From positions 408,616 through 472,615 of the forward strand of contig OY970126.1 in assembly GCA_963705915.1 (NCBI GenBank): DNA of 64,000 nucleotides. The letters run 5' to 3'. Of the stretch, positions 38,613 to 46,137 are shown in pieces. Numbering within the stretch: position 1 is the first letter of the stretch; the number at the start of each line of letters is the position of its first letter. Both the position numbers and the translations under genes were made by a program. Origin of the DNA: an uncultured bacterium (GTDB taxonomy: Bacteria > Patescibacteriota > Minisyncoccia > UBA6257 > 2-01-FULL-56-20). A model generated the notes under the pieces. It did no database searches. It was not told where the DNA came from and saw nothing but the letters and a program-made list of their open reading frames with translations.

Positions 38613-39560
38613 TTAATCATTCCCGAGGCAGCTATTGAACGCCTGCACTTCGGCGTTGTATTGGTTCGCGTCCTGCTTCACTTGCGCAGCAAGTGAGTTA
38701 TATTGCTGAACGAGGGCATTATACGTGGCGACGTCGTTGTTATACGCTTCGCCATATTTTGGGTTCGCCGCATTGATGGCCGCGTCGTCGTTCGAAAGTT
38801 CGACGGCCATTTGGTTCAACTGACTCTGACCCGCGTCGATCGTCGCCTTGAGCGACGTATCAACGGACGGACACGCAGAAGCCGGCCTGCCGAATATTTG
38901 CACGGCAATCCAGGTGGACTGGCCTTGATAGGTGCCTTTGCCAACGGCAACGCCAATTTCCGTGTATCCGCTATTCAATATATTCGCGCGATGACCGGGG
39001 CTATTCATCCACGCAGCGACAACGCCAGCGTCGCCATTGAAATTCCCGAGCGCCAAATTTTCGCCGAGCGCCAAATAGGTGTAGCCGACATCGCTTGCGA
39101 CGGTGACTGCACTCTCTCCCGTCGGCGAAACGTGCGCAAAATATTGGTTACTAAACATATCTTCGAGCCGCAACGTGGCGATGTCGTCAAGCAAGTCGTC
39201 TTCGGTGAGCGCCGTCAAATTGCCGTTGTTTGCCCGTTGAATATTGGTTTGCGAAATAACGCCCTCGTCCGTAAGCGGGGCACTCGAAGCCGTCCCAGTT
39301 TTTTTGTTCGACGCGCCGGCAAGCGTACCCGTCGCCGTGAGCGGCGGCGGTAAAAATGTTTTTGCGGCTTCGGTCGTTGCAAATTGCTCGATCGAATTCC
39401 CTAGCAGGCTCACTTCGCTGAGCGACGCATAATTTGCGAAATACCACACCGCCGCGCCTGCGACGCATACAATGATGGTGATGACAACAAGCCGGTGCTT
39501 GGCTCGTTTTTGATAGTGTTCGACATTCACGTTAGTTCCGCAAATAACGCCGCACCGCAA
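38613..39560 (-). CDS. Membrane-anchored CAP/SCP/PR1-like (YkwD-type) domain protein
   Basis: N-terminal TM; RLEDMFSNQYFAHVSPTGES...GENLALGNF...AWMNSPGHRANILNSGYTEIGVAV CAP-domain motifs; start overlaps ftsX 3' end by 28 nt (start uncertain). Confidence 0.6.
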   Translation of the reverse strand: MRCGVICGTNVNVEHYQKRAKHRLVVITIIVCVAGAAVWYFANYASLSEVSLLGNSIEQFATTEAAKTFLPPPLTATGTLAGASNKKTGTASSAPLTDEGVISQTNIQRANNGNLTALTEDDLLDDIATLRLEDMFSNQYFAHVSPTGESAVTVASDVGYTYLALGENLALGNFNGDAGVVAAWMNSPGHRANILNSGYTEIGVAVGKGTYQGQSTWIAVQIFGRPASACPSVDTSLKATIDAGQSQLNQMAVELSNDDAAINAANPKYGEAYNNDVATYNALVQQYNSLAAQVKQDANQYNAEVQAFNSCLGND

Positions 39561-40440
39561 CGAAACTCGAAAATGCGCCGATCAAAACGCCGAAGAGCAA
39601 TTCATAGAGAAGCAACTGCGGCAAATGGGTATAGAAATATTGAAACAAATTGAGGCCGGGTATAAATGAATTCATATACGGATTGATGAAGTAGAGGGCT
39701 GGCGCAACAATAATCAAACTCAACGTCGCGGCGATAGCCCCGCAAATCATGCCCTCCACCACATAAGGCCCGCGGACCATGCTATTTGAAGCGCCGACCA
39801 CCCGCATGACACCGATTTCATCGCGGTTCGAATAAATGGCAAGGCGAATGGTGTTGAAGATAACAAGCCCGGCGATAAGCGCGAGCAGGATGGTGAGCAC
39901 AAATCCGCCGGTCTCGACATTGCGCACGATCGTCGCCAATTTATCGATGATATCCTGATTTTCCGTGTAGCTCACCGTGTCGATATAAGGAGAAAGGTTT
40001 GGCGAGGCCAGATAGTCGGCGATCGCAGCATATTGGCTCGGATCTTTTGCCGTGATGTTAAGCGACGCTTCGAGCGGATTGGTGTCGAGCTCATTCAAAG
40101 CCTGCGTCACCGTGGGATCGTTCGCGTGCGTTGCTTCAAAATTTGCGAGCGCCTGGTCGCGGGAGATATACGTGACATTCTGCACCTCGGACAAACTTTG
40201 AAGCGACTGCTGGATATTCAAAATCTGATCTTCCGAAGTGTTCGTGTCGAAATACACACTGATGTCAATCTTGCTCTGGATTGAAGTGGCGGCTGCCTGC
40301 GTCACCACGTTAAAAATGATGAGGCTTGCGAAAACCGTGAGGGCGACGGTCATGATGGCGACCGTTGCGGTTGAAAGCCAGCCGTTGCGCCAGAAATTTT
40401 TGAAACCATAATGAAAAATGCGCGAGATGATGGTGAACAT
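39532..40440 (-). CDS. ftsX: Cell division ABC transporter permease FtsX
   Basis: 4-TM FtsX architecture with large periplasmic loop; immediately downstream of ftsE (ATGA-type junction at 40440). Confidence 0.85.
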   Translation of the reverse strand: MFTIISRIFHYGFKNFWRNGWLSTATVAIMTVALTVFASLIIFNVVTQAAATSIQSKIDISVYFDTNTSEDQILNIQQSLQSLSEVQNVTYISRDQALANFEATHANDPTVTQALNELDTNPLEASLNITAKDPSQYAAIADYLASPNLSPYIDTVSYTENQDIIDKLATIVRNVETGGFVLTILLALIAGLVIFNTIRLAIYSNRDEIGVMRVVGASNSMVRGPYVVEGMICGAIAATLSLIIVAPALYFINPYMNSFIPGLNLFQYFYTHLPQLLLYELLFGVLIGAFSSFVAVRRYLRN

Positions 40441-41123
40441 TAGACTAAAATATATTTTCCTTTTTTCTCATCGCGGATCACGTGGCCTTTATCGAGCGTG
40501 ATCACGCGGCGCTCAAGTGAATTGATCACTTCGCGATCATGGGTTGCAAGCACCACGGTCGTCCCGAGCTGGTTGATCTTTTCGAGCAAGGTCACAATTT
40601 CAAACGTATGAAACGGGTCGAGGTTTCCCGTCGGCTCATCGGCAATCACAACTTCCGGCCGGTGGATCATCGCGCGCGCAATCGCAACGCGCTGGCGTTC
40701 ACCGCCGGAAAGTTCGTTCGGAAAGTTTTTCATTTTATCACCGAGGCCAACCATATCGAGCACCTGGGGTACAAGCTCCATGATTTCCCGTTGGGGCCGG
40801 CCGGCGACTTCAAGCGCAAACGCAACGTTTTCATAGGCATTCTTGGTCGGCAACAGACGAAAATCCTGGAACACAACGCCGATATGTCGGCGGAATGCCG
40901 GAAGGTCGCTGTCCTTAAGTTTGTTCACTTCGTATTGGCCAAAAAAAACACGGCCCTTGCTGGGCTTTTCTTCACCAATAAGAAGCTTGATAACCGTGGA
41001 CTTTCCCGCGCCAGAACGGCCAGCGAGGGAAACGAATTCGCCGGGATCGATTTGGAAATCTACTTCCTCGAGTGCAACGCCGTGGCCGGGATAATGTTTT
41101 GAAACGCCCTGAAAAACGATCAT
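40440..41123 (-). CDS. ftsE: Cell division ABC transporter ATP-binding protein FtsE
   Basis: Walker A GRSGAGKST, signature LSGGERQRVAIARA, Walker B VVIADEPTGNLD; 227 aa. Confidence 0.92.
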   Translation of the reverse strand: MIVFQGVSKHYPGHGVALEEVDFQIDPGEFVSLAGRSGAGKSTVIKLLIGEEKPSKGRVFFGQYEVNKLKDSDLPAFRRHIGVVFQDFRLLPTKNAYENVAFALEVAGRPQREIMELVPQVLDMVGLGDKMKNFPNELSGGERQRVAIARAMIHRPEVVIADEPTGNLDPFHTFEIVTLLEKINQLGTTVVLATHDREVINSLERRVITLDKGHVIRDEKKGKYILV

Positions 41124-41135
41124 ACGCGTTCTCTC

Positions 41136-41144
41136 ATTGTAGCA
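41136..41144 (-). promoter_or_regulatory. Extended -10 element TGCTACAAT 12 nt upstream of ftsE ATG
   Basis: Minus strand ...TTTTTTAAAAATGCTACAATgagagaacgcgtATG. Confidence 0.3.
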
Positions 41145-41163
41145 TTTTTAAAAAAGGAAGTCA

Positions 41164-41240
41164 GCGAAAAGACTCCTGCAGTGCTTTTGCGTCACCCAGT
41201 AAGAACAAGTGACGCAAAAGCACTGCAGGAGTCTTTTCGC
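41164..41240. repeat. Perfect 32-bp inverted repeat with 13-nt loop (77 nt hairpin) between prfB and ftsE; on the minus strand it is followed by a T-tract, so it likely acts as a very strong intrinsic terminator and/or is a palindromic repeat element
   Basis: gcgaaaagactcctgcagtgcttttgcgtcac (41164-41195) / gtgacgcaaaagcactgcaggagtcttttcgc (41209-41240), zero mismatches; minus strand continues TGACTTCCTTTTTTAAAAAT. Confidence 0.7.
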
Positions 41241-41355
41241 AAGTTTACCCTTTTCTAGAAATTCTATTATTCGCCCAAGGTTTCGGAAAGCACAAAGACA
41301 CTCTTTTCGCGTCATTTCTCTCTTTTCATAAACTGGCAACGAGAGATCGCTCAGA

Positions 41356-42415
41356 TTATTTTTCGAGCATTGCCTCGATGAACATATCAATATTACCGTT
41401 GAGCACTTCGTCCACCCTGCTTGTTTCGACTTCGGTGCGGTGATCTTTCACGAGTTGATAGGGATTCAAAACATACGAACGAATCTGATTCCCCCACTCG
41501 GGCTTCACCTTTGTCCTAAGTGCACTCACTTCTTCCACTTTTTCTTTTTCCATCAATTGAAAGAGTTTTGCCTTGAGCAATTTCATCGCATGTTCACGAT
41601 TCTGTTGCTGACTCCGTTCGGCGCGGGCGCTCACGGCGATGCCGGTTGGAATATGCACGATACGCACCGCGGTCTCCACTTTATTAACATTCTGCCCACC
41701 GGGACCGCCGGAACGCGAAAGTTCGAGTTTAAGATCAGACTCGGGAATCTGCAATTTTGATTCTTCGAGTGGCGGCAGATCGGGAATCACTTCGACAAGC
41801 GCAAACGAGGTGTGGCGCAATTTTTTCGGCGAAAATGGCGAGATGCGCACGAGCCGGTGCACGCCGGACTCGTTCTTTAAATAACCGTAGGCGTGGTCGC
41901 CCTTAAGCTCGATAGTCCGCGAGCGCATGTTGTCGTCGATTACTTTAATTTTCCAGCCTCGCGCCTTGGCGTAGCCTTCGTACATCAGCCCGAGCATGCG
42001 GGCCCAATCTTCCGCGTCTTCCCCGCCCGCTCCGGGATACACCGAGAGCACCGCCGCCTGCGCGTCGTAGCGTCCGACGAATAATGTTTCGAGCTCAAGA
42101 TCGCGGAATGCGCGCTTCAATTCGTGAAACTTATTTTCATCGATATTTTTGCCGCCGCTTGTGCCGCCATCGCCTGCGCTTTTGTCGAGTTCCGCAATGC
42201 CTGCTTCTATTTTTCTATACTTCTCGATTTTATCGTTCAAAACACCGAGCTCGCGGATTTTTTCATCAGCTGCTTCGCGATTTTTCCAAAAATCAGCCGA
42301 TGACATTTCGGCGGTAAGTTCCGCGACCCGTTTTTCTTTTCCCGCGATGTCAAAGCCGCCCGCCGAGCCGGCGGGCTTCGTCCTTCAGTTCTTCGAATGA
42401 TTCGATCTTATTCAT
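41356..42415 (-). CDS. prfB: Peptide chain release factor 2 with programmed +1 ribosomal frameshift
   Basis: ORF0 ATG 42415 ... [21 protein letters not shown] then CTT TGA C (TGA at 42352-42350) with upstream GGCGGGCGG SD-like element; +1 frame continues [24 protein letters not shown]... to 41356; SPF motif (RISPFSP) and GGQ ([11 protein letters not shown]). Confidence 0.9.
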
Positions 42416-42632
42416 GACGATATTTTTTGTTGGGTTCTTTCACGTCGTTTGGGCCGAGCGGTTTCCAGATTGGCTTTCCGGATTTCTTAACTCTTTCTCT
42501 TATTTTTGAAAGTTCCTCATCGTAGGTAGGATACGGTTTTTTATCAACCTTAGCATCTTCAGCATCTTCGACTTTTTTCACGCTATCTTCTTGCTCGCCC
42601 TTATTAAATTCAAAATTGAGTTGCTCCGGCAT
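42408..42632 (-). CDS. Hypothetical small charged protein (74 aa, Lys/Glu-rich)
   Basis: ORF directly follows stop of upstream small ORF; overlaps prfB ORF0 start by 8 nt; no recognisable domain. Confidence 0.35.
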   Translation of the reverse strand: MPEQLNFEFNKGEQEDSVKKVEDAEDAKVDKKPYPTYDEELSKIRERVKKSGKPIWKPLGPNDVKEPNKKYRHE

Positions 42633-42878
42633 TTAATTAACTTCGTCGCTGCGGCGACCCTCGGATTCACTGATGATCCTCTCGACGTCCTGATCGGTTA
42701 GGTCGGCTGCCGCCTCGCCGTACCGCTCACGGTATTCTTTGATTTTTATATTCATGGCTTCAGCACGTGCTTTCTCTTTGCGTCCCTCTCGATCCACCTT
42801 CAAGCCAGCGGAAATCACCTGGATATCCCTCAGCATCTCGTCCGGGTCGATTCTTTTGGGCACTTCTCTGCTTGCCAT
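42633..42878 (-). CDS. Hypothetical small charged protein (81 aa)
   Basis: ORF immediately downstream of the tRNA-Thr/tRNA-Ala pair on the minus strand; no recognisable domain. Confidence 0.35.
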   Translation of the reverse strand: MASREVPKRIDPDEMLRDIQVISAGLKVDREGRKEKARAEAMNIKIKEYRERYGEAAADLTDQDVERIISESEGRRSDEVN

Positions 42879-42896
42879 ATCTCTATTATATCAGAT

Positions 42897-42968
42897 GAGC
42901 CGATGAGAGGAGTTGAACCTCCAACCTCTCCCTTACGAAGGGATTGCTCTGCCATTGAGCTACATCGG
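42897..42968 (-). tRNA. tRNA-Thr (anticodon CGT)
   Basis: Cloverleaf: GCCGATG acceptor, D-arm GCTC-AATGGCA-GAGC, anticodon loop TTCGTAA, T-arm GGAGG-TTCAACT-CCTCT; no encoded CCA. Confidence 0.8.
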
Positions 42969-42971
42969 CAT

Positions 42972-43043
42972 GTGGACTCACGGGGAATCGGACCCCGACC
43001 TCCTCCATGCCATGGAGGCGTAATACCATTTTACTATGAGCCC
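42972..43043 (-). tRNA. tRNA-Ala (anticodon GGC)
   Basis: Acceptor GGGCTCA with G3:U70 wobble (Ala identity), anticodon stem CCTCC/GGAGG, loop ATGGCAT, T-loop TCCGATT. Confidence 0.75.
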
Positions 43044-43103
43044 TTCCTAGATTCCTGTTGCAAACTTATAGTATAAGAGATATCATGTTTTTTCAATCTA
43101 TCC

Positions 43104-43178
43104 GCCCTCGTAGTTCAACGGATCGAACAATTCCGTCCTAAGGAAGAGATGGGGGTTCAATTCCCTCCGAGGGCACCA
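43104..43178 (+). tRNA. tRNA-Arg (anticodon CCT), CCA encoded
   Basis: Acceptor GCCCTCG/CGAGGGC, anticodon stem-loop ATTCC-GTCCTAA-GGAAG, T-arm GGGGG-TTCAATT-CCCTC, 3' ACCA. Confidence 0.85.
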
Positions 43179-43259
43179 GGCAGAAAACAAAGTGATTGCA
43201 TCGTCATTCCCCTCAGCCTTTCTTGCCGTTCACGGCGTGATCGTGCTACCATTCATCTC

Positions 43260-43331
43260 GCCGAGGTAACTCAATTGGTAGAGTGCCGCCCTGCAAGGGT
43301 GGATGTCCAGGTTCGATCCCTGTCCTCGGCT
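43260..43331 (+). tRNA. tRNA-Cys (anticodon GCA)
   Basis: Acceptor GCCGAGG/CCTCGGC, D-arm ACTC-AATTGGTA-GAGT, anticodon loop CTGCAAG, T-loop TTCGATC. Confidence 0.8.
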
Positions 43332-43363
43332 GAATCATAAGTACCTTCTCTTCGGTTGCCACA

Positions 43364-43392
43364 GCCCTGACTTCGGTCGGGGCTTTTTTATT
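43364..43392 (+). terminator. Rho-independent terminator after the tRNA-Arg/tRNA-Cys pair
   Basis: GCCCUGAC-UUCG tetraloop-GUCGGGGC followed by UUUUUUAUU. Confidence 0.6.
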
Positions 43393-43516
43393 GCAAACGT
43401 ATTTGTATTAAAACTTTCCAACCTTCAACATCGAACCTTGACGTGAAGGGGTTTTGACTGTTTCACATTCCCCCGCACCGTGCTAGGATACAAGGCGGTA
43501 ACTTCACATTGGGGGA

Positions 43517-43840
43517 ATGTCCATGCTCAACAATCATTTGGTCATGATGCGAGTGCTCTGCCAAGTCTTTAAGGAAAAGCAACTGATTCAAGAAAACGCC
43601 ACCCAAGAAGAATTCGTCGACGTTTACCAAAGAACAGTCGGATCAGCGTCCGACGTGACCCTGAGATACTATGCCGAGCAGGCATCGCAGATGTGGGACG
43701 GCGAGCGCGGCAAACAGAAGCCGATCGCCCTGTCATTATTCTACAAACAGATGAGGATTGACCGGGTAAAAGAGCACGGAAAGATCATGAACGAAATCGT
43801 GCACCCTGAACAGCTCGCCTTGGCACCCGTCAGCCTTTAG
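43517..43840 (+). CDS. Hypothetical protein (107 aa)
   Basis: GGGGGAA SD-like sequence before ATG; no recognisable domain. Confidence 0.35.
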   Translation: MSMLNNHLVMMRVLCQVFKEKQLIQENATQEEFVDVYQRTVGSASDVTLRYYAEQASQMWDGERGKQKPIALSLFYKQMRIDRVKEHGKIMNEIVHPEQLALAPVSL

Positions 43841-43935
43841 CGAACATTTTACGGCGCCCGCGAACACCACGCGAGCGCCATTTCTTTATCACAATTTTAT
43901 GAAACAGGGTTCTATGGTACAATACGCACAAACCA

Positions 43936-46125
43936 ATGCCCCAGCTTGCGCTCGAGACACCGCTCTTTGAGGTCGTAGGCGCCCGCGCACCTTTCTTGCG
44001 GCGGCTGGAAAAACTCGGGGTGAAAACCGTAGGCGATTTGCTCTGGCACTTTCCCGTCCGCTACGAAGATTTTTCAAAAATTTATACGATCGCCGAACTC
44101 GAACCGGGGCAACAGGCAACCGTGCAGGGCGTGATCGAAGAGGTGCGCTCGCGGCACAGCTATCGGCGCGGCATGAGCATTGTCGAAGGCGTGGTCGCCG
44201 ACGAAACCGGTTCCATCCGCGCCGTCTGGTTCAACCAACCCTATCTCGCCAACGTTTTGAAGGCGGGCCGCACCGCAAACTTTGCCGGCAAAGTCTCCGT
44301 ATCCGAAGAAGGCGAACTTTATTTGAGCCATCCAGTACATGAGATGATCCGGAGTGAACATTCGTCCGGCGGCTCGCGCAACGGCAACGGCCTTAAACAC
44401 ACCGGACGACTTGTCCCCGTCTATCCTGAAACGCGCGGCCTCACGTCCCGCGGCATCAGATTTGTTGTGCAGTTAGTTTTTAAACGCAATCCAAAACTTG
44501 TCGAGTGGATTCCGGACCCTGTGCTCAGAGAATTTCATTTCCCGACCATCGAAGACGCGGTTCGCAAGGTACATTTTCCCGATGAAGTAAACGAGGCAGC
44601 ACTCGCAAAAATGCGATTTTCATTTGAAGATTTGTTTTTGCTCCAACTTTTTAATATTCGGCAGAAATCAAAACTTGCAGCGCAGCACGCACCGCCGATC
44701 GCGGTGGACGTGGAACGCATTAAAGCGCTTCTCGAACAATTGCCGTTCGAACTCACGCCGTCACAGAAAAAATCATTATGGGAGATTATGAAGGATATGG
44801 AAAAGCCGAGGCCGATGAATCGCCTGCTCCAGGGTGACGTCGGATCCGGAAAGACGGTCGTCGCGGCGATCGCGGCGATCGGCGCCGCCGACCAAGGACT
44901 CCAGACGGCATTCATGGCGCCGACGGAAATCCTTGCACGGCAGCATTTTGAAACGATGAAAAAACTTTTCTCCGGAATGTCGGGCGGCGCGCAGATGCCG
45001 ATTGGCCTCCTCACTGGCACAAACGCCGTCGTTTTCTATGAAAAAGATGTTGAGACAAAAGTCTCAAAGCAAGAATTCAATAAAAAGGTGGCGGCCGGTG
45101 ACGTGAAAATTATTTTTGGCACCCATACCCTCATCCAAAAATCAGTCGCTTTCCGGTCGCTCGGCCTCGTTATCATCGACGAACAGCATCGCTTTGGCGT
45201 CCGCCAGCGCGCGGAGCTCATCAGCCGCAAGAACCGCAGCGAAAAGCAAATTCCTCATTTTCTCAGTATGTCCGCCACGCCGATCCCCCGCACGCTCATG
45301 CTCTCGGTATTCGGCGACCTCGACCTTTCGCTCATCACAGAACTGCCCACAGGACGCAAACCCATCGAAACCAAGATCGTCGCACCGATCGAACGGGACG
45401 CGACCTATACATTTATCCGCAACGAGGTGAAAAACGGCCGGCAAGTGTTCGTCATTTGTCCGCGCATTGATCCGGCGGAGGAAGCCGACGGCAAGAACGC
45501 GAGCGCGCAATCAAAATTCCAAGCTCAAAAACAGCTCGAGTTGAAATCGGTGAAGGAAGAATTCGAACGGCTTTCCAAAAAAGTGTTTCCCGACCTCCGG
45601 CTCGCGATGCTCCACGGCCAGATGAAGGGAAAAGAAAAAGAACACATCATGCGCACGTTCAAAGAACGCGAGTTTGATATTCTGGTGAGTACTTCGGTTG
45701 TCGAAGTCGGCGTCGATGTGTCGAATGCGACGATTATGCTCATCGAAGGCGCCGACCGTTTTGGCCTCGCACAACTCTATCAATTCCGCGGACGCGTTGG
45801 ACGCGGTGAACATCAGTCGTATTGTTTCCTGCTCACCGATTCAAAGTCAGAATCGACCGCCGCGCGACTCAAAGCAATCCTCGGAGCGCAAAACGGCTTT
45901 GAACTCGCAGAAAAAGACCTCGAGATCCGGGGACCGGGGCAATTTTTTGGCGAAGCACAAACCGGTCTGCCGGATATTGCGATGGAAGCATTGAAAAATC
46001 CTGAGCTTGTGCAGGGCAGCCGTACGATCGCGCTCAAGTTATTACAAGAAGAACCGACGCTCGCAAGCTATCCCCCGCTCCGTGCGAAAATAGAGGCATT
46101 CAGCAAGCGCGTGCACCGGGAATAA
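43936..46125 (+). CDS. recG: ATP-dependent DNA helicase RecG
   Basis: N-terminal wedge/OB domain, helicase motifs GDVGSGKT (I), DEQHRFG (II), C-terminal helicase domain; 729 aa; TGGTACAAT extended -10 14 nt upstream. Confidence 0.92.
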   Translation: MPQLALETPLFEVVGARAPFLRRLEKLGVKTVGDLLWHFPVRYEDFSKIYTIAELEPGQQATVQGVIEEVRSRHSYRRGMSIVEGVVADETGSIRAVWFNQPYLANVLKAGRTANFAGKVSVSEEGELYLSHPVHEMIRSEHSSGGSRNGNGLKHTGRLVPVYPETRGLTSRGIRFVVQLVFKRNPKLVEWIPDPVLREFHFPTIEDAVRKVHFPDEVNEAALAKMRFSFEDLFLLQLFNIRQKSKLAAQHAPPIAVDVERIKALLEQLPFELTPSQKKSLWEIMKDMEKPRPMNRLLQGDVGSGKTVVAAIAAIGAADQGLQTAFMAPTEILARQHFETMKKLFSGMSGGAQMPIGLLTGTNAVVFYEKDVETKVSKQEFNKKVAAGDVKIIFGTHTLIQKSVAFRSLGLVIIDEQHRFGVRQRAELISRKNRSEKQIPHFLSMSATPIPRTLMLSVFGDLDLSLITELPTGRKPIETKIVAPIERDATYTFIRNEVKNGRQVFVICPRIDPAEEADGKNASAQSKFQAQKQLELKSVKEEFERLSKKVFPDLRLAMLHGQMKGKEKEHIMRTFKEREFDILVSTSVVEVGVDVSNATIMLIEGADRFGLAQLYQFRGRVGRGEHQSYCFLLTDSKSESTAARLKAILGAQNGFELAEKDLEIRGPGQFFGEAQTGLPDIAMEALKNPELVQGSRTIALKLLQEEPTLASYPPLRAKIEAFSKRVHRE

Positions 46126-46137
46126 CAAACGTTCTCG

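Noticed and set aside
41148-41390. 80-aa minus-strand ORF between ftsE and prfB
   Set aside because: Spans the 32-bp palindrome (forcing a mirrored Cys-rich translation) and overlaps the prfB 3' end; explained by the hairpin, not coding.
43149-43340. 63-aa plus-strand ORF
   Set aside because: Lies across tRNA-Arg and tRNA-Cys; tRNA structure fully explains the sequence.
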